Assembly: GCA_965178125.1 (NCBI GenBank)
Contig: OZ237738.1
Coordinates: forward strand, 1,488,001 to 1,552,000
Origin: Bilabrum cf. latius
Taxonomy: Eukaryota
DNA: 64,000 nt
Direction of reading: 5' to 3'
A program made the position numbers and the translations under genes. Under the pieces are notes generated by a model that did not search any database, was not told where the DNA came from, and was given only the letters and a program-made list of their open reading frames with translations. This document shows, in pieces, positions 46,806 to 60,600 of this stretch (its first letter is position 1; each line of letters starts with the position of its first letter).

Positions 46806-48436
46806 ATGAAGATCAGCGCTGTTGTACCAGTGCTAGTTGTAGGAGCCCTGGCTTGCGTGTCCTTGATAATCACTCATTCAAGCCAGCTGGTGCTCCAAGG
46901 AGATTAGAAAGGCGCGACGAGAGTCTCGCGATTCAGGTCTCCTGGGCATGTTGGCCTACCATCAGCTAATATGGACGCCCCTGCGCAACAATCGGCTATA
47001 GATGAGACAATTCCTGGCGACAAGGTACAGTCAAAGCATCAGGACATGCCAAGATTCGCCTCGGTCGCAGTCCCCTCGTTGACGCAGCCTCTCGCCCTCA
47101 TCCACGGGATTAGCATGGCCAGAAGTAATGCAGAGTGCGATGATGGCAAATTTAAGTGGTTAAAAGCCTGGGGAAACAACTGCGACCGCTTCAGAAAGGA
47201 GGGCGAGCCAGCATGCATCGCTGCAGCAACCCAAAGCCTGCTGGCTGGCGTCGGCCATGCCGGGATCTCGAGCGCTGGCGCGACTGACCGCGAGAAAGGA
47301 TCTAACGCAGCGGACGCCATCAGCGAATTCTTCCAGGAGCCTGGTTTGATTCTCTGCCACCTGCATGTCGGCGACGATCTGCCTGCAGCAGTGGAGCAGC
47401 TGGCGGTCGCTCTCTACCCGGCGAATCTCGGCACGTCGAGGGCTGATTCCTCGCAGGTTTCAACGCGTACAGTGATGCGTACGCCGAGCACAACGAGTTC
47501 TACAACTTTCTTGTTAACCTTACCGATGTAACGCCCGATCCAACTCTTCGCTACTACAAGAGCCGCGCCAGCGATTTCCTTGGCAAGACACCACTGGAGG
47601 TTGCGACCACCTTCCAGACCCACGGCGAGGATGTCGCCGGGCTCGTGTCCGCGTATCAGCAGGTTAAGTTCGTGCCTGGGGATGCACAGGTCATCGTGGA
47701 CGACTTTCGGGAGAAGCTCACGGCCTGCTTGGACGCTCTGCCGGCGAACAGGCCCCGCTACCACGTCGGCGCTGGTGGGGTTGACGTGACTCTCGGGGGG
47801 ATCGTCACCAACAACATCGTCAAGCTGTAGCCCGCAGACATGCTCCACATGACAATCAACCCAGTAGCCTCGGCGCAGGACTCCGTTCACCTGCATCACC
47901 TCATGACCCAAGACGCCGCCGTCGTTGAGGCATTCCGTGGACCCGTGTGCGCCGCCCAGCGTGAAGTAACCGGAGTCCGCATGTCCGTCATACAGTCGCC
48001 TCAAGCAATTCGCGGCTCTACTGAATTCGGCAATTGGGCCGTACTTCGAATGCAAGCGGACAACGAGTCTGGTCGCTACTTGCATGACGTCAAGCTGCAC
48101 GCTTCGCTGATGCAGCGTCTGCTCGTACCAGGTCCAGGTCCCGCCGCCAGGAGAATTCGCTTAGAATGGACCGATCCGCGCATGGCTCCACTGAAGCAAT
48201 GCTTTCATCAGTGGCACGAGCATGCGCACCAAACGCTTGTTGCAGCAGGACTTCGCTTCCCTCTTGCCATGCGCGTGTGTACAGGCAGGATCGAGCGCAC
48301 TGACATTTAGCCTGCCATATCTGATGCGGCCATCAAGAGGAGCATTGCTGGCGGCATGAAGCCCGTCATTGATCAGATCAATGGGTACTGCTCCGTTCAA
48401 GCTGCTGAGCAGGACTGTGCGCTTCGCCGTCCCTGA
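46806..48436 (+). CDS. Type II membrane/secreted protein of unknown family, copy B (apparently intact)
   Basis: MKISAVVPVLVVGALACVSLII anchor. TAGs at 46905, 47828, 48308. Same frame switch at ~47456. TGA 48434-48436. Confidence 0.7.
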
Positions 48437-48643
48437 GAAGCGAATTGCCACGACTGTGCTGCCTTGCTTCAATTGGCTGATGTGCCACTAGAAGTGGCGA
48501 TGAGGGCCTACTGAGAGATTAGCGTCGTGATGATGAATTGGCGGCGCGTGCCGCGGCGTGACCGTTTTCAATCAGGGTTCTCTTGCTTGCTAGATCCATA
48601 TGCTGAAAGTAAAGCCAAACCTATTCGCGCATTCACCAAAGCA

Positions 48644-51600
48644 TTACTTTCTCTGCTTTTTCTTTCCCTTCCCTTTCTTCCCGCCCCCGCTGGAGGCAGC
48701 AGCCTCCAACTCAGCGGCCTCTGTGTCTGCCCCTCGCAGCTCCTCGTCCCACACACCCCCCCTGCCGCCGTTCCTGACCGCACCCGCCAGCCTCCATGCC
48801 GCTGACACCTCCCTCATCGCCGAGTTGGGCGGCCCTCCATCCTCCTCTGCAGGCTGCTCGCCCCCCTCCTCCTCCTCATCACGCCCCGCCTGCAGGCCCT
48901 TCCGCTCGCCGCCCGTGGTGCTAGCCAGTGCGCGTGCGTGCAGTGCATCCACTACCAGCCCGCTATCATCCTGGAGCACCCGTCCCGCCTGCTCCGCCAG
49001 CTCCTCGATGGCCAATGGGGGCTGAGTCACCAGATGACGACCCACGGCCGACCCACCAGCACCAGCACCAGCACCAGCACCAGCACCGTTGACTCCTCGC
49101 CTCAGGGCGGCCGCTCCCGATTGGGCACTCGACCAGGCCGACAGCGCCTCCCGCACAGCGCCAGGGGGGCACTCCTTCCGCAGCGCCCGAGAGGTGGACA
49201 AACCGGCGGTTGGATCCCCCGCAGCCACAGCAGCTGCGGCTGCCTCCAGGGCGGCTGCCTCATCGTCCTCGTCCCCGCCCTTCTTGCCCTTGCCCTTCGC
49301 CTTGGGCTTTACCTTGCCCTTGCCCTTGGCTTTCCCTTTGTCTTTGCCCTTCCCCTTGCCTTTGCCCTTCCCGCTAGCCTCCTCCCCTTCCTCCTCTTCA
49401 GGCAGCTGCACCCAAGCAGGCACAGCCACCAGCCGCTGCCCCTCCGACAGGTTGGGCCCAGCCCCAGTCGCACCCCCGACGACAGGGGAGAGCCCGTTGG
49501 TGCTCCCGCCGAGCCGCAGCCACTCCCCAAGCACCGACCTGCTCCCACTCCCACCTCCACCCCCACCGGTGCCCTGTCCGGGCACGGCCTGCTCCTGCTG
49601 GCTCGCGCTCCGAGCCGCCTCCCCGAAATCGTCCCAGCACTCCACCACCTCCTTGGCATCGCCACCGAAGCAGGCGGATGCACTCCTCAGGACCGCCCCA
49701 CGCCGTGCCACGGCCGCGTCCTCCCGCACACCCCTCCTCCAGGCGTCTTCGGCTGCCCCGGCCACGGCCTGTGGCCGGCGAGAAGCAGCCCGCCTGGCCC
49801 ACAGCAGGGCCGACAGCAGGTGCTGGATGCTGGCAAAAGGGGCGGGCAGGTGCATCCACTCCCTCGACCACTCCCCTCCCTGGTCCTGGTCCTGATCTTC
49901 ATCTTCATCGCCCCCTGCTGCCCCCGCCTCGCCTGCCCCTGCCTCCAGCACCTCGTCAGCAGCACGAGAGGCATCGAGGGCGGAGAGAGCTGCCCCACTA
50001 GCACGGCCATGCTTGTGCTTGTCCTGCCTGTGCTTGTCCTCTTCCTCCTCCTGGCTGGCAGCAGCAGCAGCAGCGGCAACACCGCTGGCCCCGCCCGCTT
50101 CAGCACCCCCGTGGCTCACTGACCCGACTCTATTCAACCGCTCCAGCAGCCCTGGATCTTCTGCGTCCACCTCCAGCACGGCCTGCTCCACCTCTGCGAT
50201 GGCACCTGCAGGCACACGGGCCGGCTGCAGCGCGCGCCTCAGCTGCTAGGCAGACATGCTCCATGTCAGGCCGCTGGTCCCGCCCCCGCTGCCGGCTCGC
50301 TGGTCCACCGCAAGGGCGGCGAGAGCCTGGGCGGGCGCAAGAGGCGCCACTGGAGCTTCTGCGACTGCAGCAGCATCCTCGGTGCCATTTTCCATTGCTT
50401 CCTTCCCCTCCCCGTCTTCCCCGGCAGACACACCCGCAGACACGGGGGGCCCCTCCCAGTCCGCACGCAGGCCGGCGCCCCCCTGCCCCTCCTCCTCTGC
50501 AGCCGCCCTCGTTGCCTCGAGCAGCCAGCCGGACAGGGCCAGGGCGAGTCTCCTGGCGCCGCGCCCGTCCTTGGCAGGCATCCAGCGGAGAGACTCCTCC
50601 GTGGACCGCGTGGCAGCCTCTTGTTCCCTGGGGGAGAGTGGCCTCTGCAGCCAGTCCTGCATGCACGCGTCCATCACGGCCTCTCCCGGTTCGGCCCCCC
50701 GCCGCTGGCCCTCGCTGATGGCCTGCTGCAGACGCTCGGCGGCGAGGCCCCAGCGAGCTCCGCCGCCACCCCGCCCCAGGCCAGCTGCCGTGCCAGCCAC
50801 CCACGCACCCAGAGCAGACCAGTCCGTGACCACGCCGGGCTCGCTGGGGCCAGAGCTGAACATGCCCACGAACATCCCGCGGGACGTGCAGGTGCCCAGC
50901 GCCCGCTGCCAGGCACTGCCGCCCGCTGCCAGGACTCGGCCCCCTTGCAGCGGCGCGGCACCCGCGGCAGAGCGCATGAGCGCCGCCTGCACGTCCTCCA
51001 GCGGCAGCCCGATATCCTCGTCTTCCTCTTGTTCTTCTTTTTGCGTACCATCGCCCTCCTGGCCGCCCTCCCCCTGGTCCGGGTCGTCTGCAGGGCTGGC
51101 ACGAGTCGCGTTCCTGCACCACCCGCACGCGGCAAGTACCTCTGCGGCTGTGCTCTCCGCTGCGGGCCAGGCGTCCACAGGTGCCAGGTCCAAGCCACCT
51201 TCTTCTTCGGCGGCAGCGCCTGACTCAACTCTGCCCTCGGTCGGCCCGCCTTCGTCTGCCTCGGGTGGCAGCAGACCCACCGCCTGGATGTGCCTAGCTG
51301 CCTCAGCCTCTGCTTCATCGAGAGACAGGGGGACAGGAACCACCTGTTCCTCCTGCTGCTGCTGCTGTTCCTGCTCGAGATCGATGCCGAAGATGTCTGC
51401 CAGGCTGCTGCCTGCAGCCCAATTTCTCTCGGCAGGCACCTGTCTCTCAACTGACGCAAAGGCATGCGCTGCCCTTGCCTTCCTGGCGCGGTGCTCGGCC
51501 TCTGCAGCCTGCAGGTGCCCCACTAGCACCTCCGCAGCTCCGGCAGAGGGCCGCAGCACGTCATGCCCCGCCTCTTCGTCGGCTCCGAGCACTCCCGCGG

Positions 51601-54600
51601 GAGGAACCGCGCCCACAGCGCGGGATGCTTCGGGTCCAGCGGACAGACCCGCGCGGTCCTCTGGCAGAGCAGCGTCTGCCCTCGTGGCCTCTGCCACCCA
51701 GGCTGCACCCGAGTCATGCTCGCCTGCAAAACTGCTGACACCGGCGCCATCACCATCAGCGCCAGAATCAATGGCAGGCAGGGCATGGAACACCGTGGAG
51801 GGGACGGCGCTGCGGATCGGAAGACCAAGGGCCGCACGCACCCCGCTGCCGCCCCGGGATCCACCAGGGCAGGCCATAGTGGCCCGCCTCAGTCGGTCCA
51901 CCAGCACGCGCACAGCCTGACGGTCCTTGCTCGCCTGCAGGGCGGCCCGCTCCTCCGACAGAGCTGCAAGCCCCGCGGCCTCCTGCGCGGCTGCCAGCAC
52001 GGCCTGGGCCCCCGTGACCGCAAGGGCCGCGACGCGCTGCGCGGCGCGCACGGCTTCCGTCCGAGCGGCCAGCACGGCGGCAGGGGGCAACAGCACCAGT
52101 GGCTGCCCCCCTGACCCACGCACGGTGCACTGCTCGACTGTCTCTTGCATTTCCTCATCGCGCTGCTGCTGCGCCTGCTCCCACTCCTGCCGCAGAGACT
52201 CCAGGTCCCGAGGGCCGGCAGCCGCGCCTTTGCCCTTGCCTTTACCCTTGTCCTTCCCCTTGCCCTTGGCGGCCTTCTTCTTGTCCTTCCCCTTGGATTT
52301 CCCCTTGCCGCTCTTCTTACCCTTGTCTTTCGCGGACGACGCAGCCTCAGCTGCCGCCTCGGCCTCGGCCTCGGCCGCCTCTGCTGCCGCCTCGAGCGCC
52401 TCCTCGATGGCATCCCGTGCCTCCTCATCCGCCTGCTGCTCCTCCTGCGCGAGAAGGATGGCGGCCGACTCAGCCTCTGCCGCCTCCAGCCGGACCCGCG
52501 CCCGCACGGCCCGCAGCCGTTTGCTCTCCGCACGAGCCAGAAGAGCACGGGCGGCCAGCTGCCGGCGGGCCCACGCGTCTGCGTCCGCAATCACCGCGCA
52601 GCACACCGCAAGGGCCTGCCACGCGGCACCGCGGACTGCCGCGGCGCATGCCTCCACGGCTGCCCTGCGCCACTCGCGCTGCCCCCTCCGCCACGAGGCC
52701 TCCCGCCGCGCCTGCCTGCGTCGTGCAGCCGCCCCCTTGCGCTCCTTGGCATCCCATTCCGCCCACGGGCCATCCTCCTCCTCGCCTGCCGCGGCCTTCT
52801 TGCCCTTGTCTTTGCCACCCTTCTTGCCCTTGTCCTTCTTGCCGCCCACATCGCCGCCATCGTCCGCTGCGGCAGCAGGAGCCACAAGGGCCAGAGGGCC
52901 GGGACCGGGGCTGCAGCCGCCTCCCACCCACGGTGCAGGCGGAGGGGACTCACCCCAGGCAGGCAGCAGGTGCAGGACACCGCTCTCTTCCCCGTCGTCG
53001 TCCCCCGTTTCGTCCTCATCGGGCCCTCGCTGGCCCACAAGCAGCGGCATCGGCAGGCCGGTTTCGAGGCAGGCGCGAGCCTCCCTCTCCTCCTCGTCAT
53101 CACTCTCGGAGGCCTCGGCATCCGCAGCGCCCTTTTTGCCCTTGCCCTTGTCCTTGCCCTTACCCTTGCCTCCTTTCCCGGCATCGTCTTCCTCGTCGTC
53201 AGGCAAAGGCTCACCCGCGGCCCATGCCAGCCGAAGGGCCCGCGTCCGGCCGGCAGACTGCAGCGCCTGCACCCACTCGCCCCAGCTGCCCGTGGGACCC
53301 TCCTCCTCGGCAGCGCCACTTCCCTTGCCCCCCTTCTTGCCCTTGTCCTTGGCCCCCTTCTTCTTGCCCTTGGCGGCTTTGCCACCCGAGGCATCGTCCG
53401 ACCGGTCCGCGCTGGCGCGCACCGCGTCCCATCCGAAACCGAACCACGCATCGGGCGCACTTACGGACGAACCGTGCGGACCCCCAGACTCCCCACCGTC
53501 ACCAGCGCCCGAAGCTGGGGCACCGGCGCCGTCCGCGCCCTCCTGCTGCTTGGATGCACCGGAGTCCATGGCCGGCAGGGACAGCAGCAGCTTCCCGTGG
53601 AGCATCTCCTCCACCGCCCTGGCCCCCGCCTCGCCCGCAGGCAGCCTCTCGTCCAGCTGGGCCACCCTGACCGGCTCTGGTGCGCCTCCCGCGGGACCTG
53701 CCTCCAGGTGAGCCCTCGGCTGGGCGAGGGCCCGTAGGACGGCTTGCTGGGTGTGGGGTGTAAGGGTGGTCCGGAGGGAGGGAGGCAGGGCGGCGAGGAG
53801 GGCGGCGATGGCCGACTGCATCTGCTGGGCGTCGTCGCCGGCGCCTTCCTCGTCTGCTGCCGCCCCCTTCTTGTCCTTCTTGCCCTTGTCCTTCTTCTTG
53901 TCTTTCCCCTTTTTGTCCTTGCCCTTGCCCTTCTTCCCGCCGCTTGCCTCCTCTTGGTCGTCACCTTCGGCTGGCATCACCATGGGGCAAGAGCCCAGCG
54001 AGCCTGCCCCGAGTCCCTGCGGCACGGGCAGGCCACCCGTCACGCCATCGAAACGCACCATCGGTCGCGCGGGAAGGACCAGATTGCCACGGGCAGTAGC
54101 ACCAGATGCGCTTGCAGTACCCGCAGCATCCTGTCCACTTGCGGCCTCTGGAGACTGGTGCTGCTCCTGTGCATCGCCTGCATCCACCACCAGTCGAACG
54201 GAGGCACCAGCAGCAGCCGCCCCCGCTGCCAGGCACGCCTCTCGCCCCGCAAGGGCACGCCACGCCTCCCAGGATGCCACGCTGCCCCATGCCTTGGCAG
54301 AGGCAGCGGCCGCCCTCGGAGCCGCGTCGGCTGCCGCCGAGGCAGATCGCACGGCCCACCGCCTCAGGCCCGCAAGCCATGTCGACACGTCCTCGGCAGC
54401 CTGCGCCGCGGCGAGAAGTTCCGCTTCTGCGAGGCGCCGCGCACTGCGCCTCGCCTGCGCACCGTCGCCCTTGTGAGATGCGAGCGCCGTCGCTGCCCTG
54501 CGCTTGCCCTGCTCCAGCCACGAGAGCGGGTCCAGCGGGTCCTGAGGCATGGGCAGCGACACAACGGCTCTGTCGCTTCCTGGGACTGGGGGCGGGCTAT

Positions 54601-57600
54601 CTCCAGCAGATCCCGAGGCCTCGCCGCTTTCGGTTCCTGCAGCCTGTCCGTCTTCATCTCCAGTCAGCCGTTGCACCATGGCGGCCTCTGGGGCCAGTCG
54701 CAGGTGCACCCTGTACCGGAGCTGCCGGCGGGCGGCGATGCCGTTTCCGTCCACAGCGCGCCTCTCGTCTGCCTGGGCGAGGACCATCCTGCGCTGAGCC
54801 TCCTCCTCAATGGCCTCTCGCAGCGAGGGTGCCTGTCGCGAGGGGGATCCCCGTCCCAAGGGCGCGGCAGACACGGCGAGTGATGCCGCTTCCAGTGCCA
54901 CGCCCACTCCAGTGGCGTAGGCACGTTCGGTGGCAGCGGCAAAACGAGCCACCACAGCGGCGGAGGGCAAGTGGTGCTCCACCAGCGCGCCATTCCCGCC
55001 TGGTAGCACCCCGCGCATCCGCTGCAGCAGTCTCGTGTGCCCGCCCTCCTCGGCATCAGCGGCAGCGGCAGTGATGCTGGCAGGGAGTCGGGGCACCAGC
55101 GCGAGGGCGTCGGCACCACCCGCTTCGGCATGCTCGGCTTCAGCCTCGTTCTATGCCGGGACATCCGTGGCGCCCTCGCCTTCGGGCTGCTCCTGGCTTG
55201 TGCCCTGCGGCTCATCTCGGGCAGCAGTCTGGTAGGGACGGACGGCTAGAGGCGGGGCAGGCTGCAGTGTGGCCCACAATGAGGAGGAAGAGAAAGAGGA
55301 AGAGGGGTGCTCTGGGCCGATGCCCCCACCCACTGCCAGGGCCAACGACCATGCATCAGCGCGCCTGGCCGCCTCAAGGGCCCGCTCGATCGTGTCTTCG
55401 TCGTCTTCCTCCTCGCCCTCATCTTCCTCTTCTGCACTTCCGTCCGTCTCTGCCCAACCCGAGGGAACAAGACCTTCGCCCCCCTTCTTGTCCTTCTTGC
55501 CCTTGTCCTTCTTCTTGTCTTTTCCCTTCTTGTCCTTGCCCTTACCCTTGCCAGCATCGCCCTCGTGCTACCCTTTCTCCCCCTCGGCTGGAAGCGGGGC
55601 AAGCACCTCTGCTGCCTCCAGCCACTCGGGCAGCTCTGGGGCGGCCTCCTCGCCCTCTTCGTCCTGCGGGCTTGCATCTGATATGTCTGCGTCACTTTTA
55701 TCTCCCTCTCCCTTCTTATCCTCTCCGTCTGCATCGATCTGCTTGCCGTCGGCCTTGACTGCCAGAGCCACCAAATCTCTCCTGAGTCCAGCAGCGATCG
55801 ACCGCTCCTGCTCCACCGACTCGGCCACAAGCTGCTTTGCCCGCGCCAGCTTGTCAGCTGCCGTCTCGGGAGCAGCATCAGAGGCAGCAGCAGCAGACTC
55901 GCCGTCAGCAAGCGCCTCCTTGCCGTCCACTTCCGCCGCTCCGCCAGCCGCAGCCCCAGCCTCCTCACCTTCGCCCGCCTCCTCGAGGCCCAGCAGCTCC
56001 CGCAGCTAGCGAAGCAGAGCCGCCGATCGCTCCCTGCGCGCCCTCACCGCGCCGGCGAGGAGGACAGCCGCCTCGTGTCTGGCAGCAGCCTGGGCTGCCT
56101 GCAATCTCGTGGCCTCGGTGCGGGGCCGGAGGTCGACTTGGCCTATTGAGAGCCCACGGATGCCTCCGCTAGACAGTGCCCCGCCCGTTCCTTCCCCGCT
56201 GGCAGGGTCATCCTCCTAGTGACCACCACTCTCCGCCCCACGGGACCCGAGCAGCGCGCCGTGCCCCTCCAGACATCGCATCAGCGCCTCGGCATTTGCG
56301 GCCTACCGCTGAGAAGCCGCCCGGTCCCTCCTCTCCGCATCTCCGGCAGCCCACGAGGCTAGCCGGGCCGCCTTCAGGGCCGATTCCTGAGCCACCTGCA
56401 GGGCACGAGTGACCATATCGGCGGCTGCATCGGAAGAGGGGAGGGCCTGCGCCAGGCTGCGGCTTCCTTGAGGGCACCAGGGCACGAGCTCAAGGCCAGC
56501 TGCCTGCTCCTGCCCGTCGCCCCCCTCCATTCCACCGCTCGACAGGCCCCCTTGGAAGGAGCGCCACTCCGCCAGCCTGGAGCCGAGCGTGGATCGAAGC
56601 AGCAGGTGGGCAGCTGCGTAGGCACCGTGGGGGTCGTACGGCGGGCCCCTGTCCCGCCTGGGGGCAAGGTAGGCCCCCGAGGGCGGGGCAAGACTGGCGT
56701 GCAGCGTGGCGGGCCCTGCCTCCACCCTGGCGTCCAGCTGCCACGCCGCTGCGTCGGGCAGCTCGGCCTCGCTCAGACCCCCGAACAGGTCGGCCACCGA
56801 GGGATCACTTTCCGCACCAGCACCGGGGCCATCGTTGTTCCCTGACCCTCCAGAGCCATCTTCTCCCGCGGCCTTCTTGCCGCCCAGCTGCTCCCATACC
56901 TCGAGCACCAGGGGAGAGGAGGCCGCGGGCTCCGCCCCTCCCTCGATTGCACCCCGCTGACCAACGCGCGGGAGCTGTGCGCCCTCCTTGCCAGCAGCGA
57001 AGCTGTCCCTGCAAGCGGCAGGCGCGTCCAGGGCGAGGAGCTCCCTCCTCCTCGCTGCTGTGGAGGTCGCCTCAAGCCCGGGAGTGTCTGTCCGCGGCAG
57101 CCACTCCCCCCCATCGATCCAGCCCAGGGCTGCATGGGCTGCCAGGTCCTCAGGCATGGTCAGACACACCGTGGCGGCTGGGGCGGGCAGCTGCCTGGAC
57201 GGGTGCCCGTCGCTGATCGCCCCGGTGCTGCCTCCTGCTGGGGGTGCAAGGGCCAGCCGCACCGCCCGCCCCGCTGCTCCCCGCGTCTCCACCGCCCCCT
57301 CCACCAGCTCAGCGAGCAGGGCAGACGAGAGCGCTCTCCTGACCGAGTCGGCTGGGCTCTCCAGCTCGCCCCAATGCGTCCCTGTCTTGTCCTCTCCGTC
57401 TTGTTCCCCGTCTGCCTCGTCGAGCAGCAGGCCCCCGCCGGCGAGCCTGTCTGCAAGCAGTCCCACCGCCGGGTCCGACACTCGCCGGGCAGCCCCATCC
57501 TCGCCCGCGCCGCCCAGCAGCGCCGTCCTCGCCCAATCTGGATACCCCCTGGACCGGGCCTCCTCCCGCGCCTCCTCGTCCACGGCCTATAGGGCCCGCC

Positions 57601-60600
57601 GGCCGAGTCCAGCGGCGAGGGCGAGGGCGCCAGCTGCCTCGGGGGAGCGCCAGGCGTCGTGGTCCGCGGCGTGCGGCCACAGGGCAGCCTGAAGCGCTGC
57701 GGCGTGTTCCCTGGACTGTGGGTACCCCAGCAGAAGCCAGCCGCAGCTGCCCGATACCTCCTTGCCATCCTCCTCCTTGGACTCTCCCCTGTCTTCTCCT
57801 TCTTTCAGGTGCTCCCCTGCATCGGACACTGAAGGCATAGAGCCGCCGCCACCCCTGCCCGATTGTTCCTCATCGGTGGGCTCCGGCCCCTCCCCGGGCA
57901 CGGGGCCTGGGACCCACCCGTCAGCCCTTCCCCACGCCCTCACGGCCAGCGACACGGCCAGCGCCATCAGCGCGGCGGGGGGACGAGCCGCTCCCACGGC
58001 CCACGGCGCGACGAGCAGAGCAGCTGGCGACAGGCGCGCGGGCCGAGTCCTGCTCCGGGCCCACGCGGCCAGCTGCAGGCCGAGCTGTCTGCATGCCTCG
58101 GCGGCTCCTGCGTCTCCCGCTGGCAGGCAGGACGCGGGCGGGTCTGGCGCCCTGAGCCCCGCCGATGGGGGCACCACGGGGAGCTGCGCGGCGCCGCTGC
58201 GGAGCCACTCCGCAGCCTCCTCCTGCATGTCTGCATCAGCGGGAGCACCCTCACCCCCGGCAACTGGGTAGCCCTCCTCCTGGCCATCACCACCCTTGCT
58301 CTCTTGTTCCTCCTCTTTGCTTTCTCCTGCACCCGCTGCACTGGCCCCTTCGAACACGGCCGCGTAAGCGGGTTGCCACCACGCCAGTCGACCGCCGCGG
58401 GTCGCGTCCGTCCCGCTCGTCACACCACCTTGCACCCAGACCCCCGCGGCCCTGCGCAGACCCTCCCATAGCAGACGGGAGGGGTCCACGACAACGAGCG
58501 GCAGGCCCCCGTCCTCTCCTCCGCCGCCGCCTCTGCCACGGGCGGCTGCCTCGCTCACCCGCCGAGCCACGGGCCACAGCAGCCTCTCGCAGCCCGGCGG
58601 CGCGCACAGCGCCATGGCAGCCGGCGGCAGCGCGGGCACGTCCACCTCCCCATCCAGTGCCCCGCCCGCCGCCCGGCCCAGAGGCACGGCCGCCAGGCCG
58701 AGGAGGCGCTTGGCGGTGGGGAGGTAGGCTGCGCTGGCAGCTCGGCCGGAGGGCGTCGCCGCCGTCCCGTCTGCACTTGCCGCCTGCTGCAGGGGGGGCA
58801 GCGGCAGATCCGCGCCGCCCGCCCGCACCCAGCCCCTGTCCAGCTGCTCGATGGCCCGCGCCCAGCGGTGCAGGCGCGCGAAGAACGCCGCCCGCCATGC
58901 GTCTTTGGCCTCCCGTGAGGCGACTGCACCGTCGTGCGGTGCACCTCCCCCCCTCGCCAGCCGCAGCACGGCACCGCATGACTCGGAGGCCCACGAGTGA
59001 GTGTCCTTGGCCAGGGCCAGGCCACTCCCGGCCTACCCCTCCGAGTCATCACTCGAGGCACAGAGCTCGGCGAGAACCTGCGACCAGGGAGCGTCGCTAT
59101 CTCCCTCGAAGGCGGAGGACGGGTCGCTCGCCAGCAACGCGGCACGGAAGGCAGAGGCACCGGAGCGCGCCGCCCCTGCCTCGGCCTCTGCCGCGCCCCA
59201 GCCCGCCCGCACTCGGCCGCTCGCTCCCTGCACCGCGTGGCCGCCGGCAGCCCCGTCCCCGCCCCGCTCCAGGGCCAGCACCCTGGCGGCGAGTGCGGCC
59301 CCGAGGCCCGTGCCGCCGCCGTCCCGAGTAGCACCCGGAGAGGCAGCTCCATCCGGCGCCGCCGCTGCAGCTTGTTGCCAGCAAGGGTCGGCTGCTCGCC
59401 GCAGCCCCTCGGAGGCCTCCTGCAGCCAAGAGGCAGGGCCCGGGGCAGGGACACCACTCCCATCCCCCTACTGTTCTTGGTCTTTGCTTTCGTCATCCCC
59501 CGAGTACGATACGCGCCCCACACCACCAGCATCCCCCGCCGCCTCGAGAGCGGTCTCCAGGGCGGCCGCAAGCTGTCCCAGGCCCGTGGGCTTGGGTTTG
59601 GCAGCGGGGCCACCGGCTGGGCTCCCCTGCCCCGCATCAACACCGCCGCCGCCGCCGCCGTCGCTCTTGCTCTCGCTCTCACTGGCACCGGCACCGGCAC
59701 CGCTCACGTCGGTTCCGTCGGCGCGGCGCCGCGAAGCCACGGCCAGGCCCGCGGCCACGGCCCTGTCCACGGCGGCCTGCGCGTGCCCCATCGCGGCCTC
59801 CACCTCGTCTGCGTGTTCCCTGGCCTGCACCTCGTCGGCCCCGCGCATCGAGTCCTCCACGCTGCGCCTGAGCTCAGCCAGCTCCTGGTCCCGCCACGCC
59901 TGCGCCGCCGTCCGCGCCGCAAGCTCGGCACCCATGGCCGCTTCCTTGGACTCCTCCGCGTCCCGGTCCAGCCTCGACTTGCGCATGCCCTTGGCGGCCT
60001 CATCTGCGCTGCGGCGGGCCGCGGCCACTGCCTCGGCGGCGGCAGCGGGCTGCCTCGCCAGTGCCGTCGCCAGCGCCACCACCCTGCCGGCGGTGGTGCG
60101 GCCCCCGCGCAGGGCCACGGCCTGTGCAACCGCTGCCACGCGCCTCCTCGACCTCTTCATCAGGCTGCGCTCCTGCTCGGCCCGCCTGCGCCTCAGCCGA
60201 GCTGCTCCAGGGTCATCCAGCAGCCCGCCGGGCCTCTCCTTGCCCGCACCATCAGGCGCACCACCACCACCACCACCCTTGCCAGCGGCAGCAGCAGCAT
60301 TTGAACTCGCCGGCCCCTGCTGCCTGGGCAGCGTCAGCCCCGCCGCCAGCACCTTCCTCGCCACCGCCCTCCTCCTCTCCTCCCGGGGCAGCGCGGCCTC
60401 GGCGTAGTCAGCCTCCGTGGGCTGCCTGCTGCCAGAGGGCCCCGCCCCCAGCTCTGCCTCGGCCTCCAGCACGACCCCCTCATCCTCCTCCTCCGCCTGC
60501 AGTTCATCGTGGTTCCCGTTCCGCCCCCGGGACACTCCACCCCTGCCGCCGCCTGCACCCCCCACCAGCAGGCCCGACTCAGCCAGGGCGTGCTCATCCT

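Larger units (their letters stand above)
44706..48689. repeat. Tandem segmental duplication, copy B (~4.0 kb)
   Basis: Begins with a copy of URB2 intron 1/exon 1 and ends in the last codons of the SPEF2-like gene, matching 44661-44706. Confidence 0.92.
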
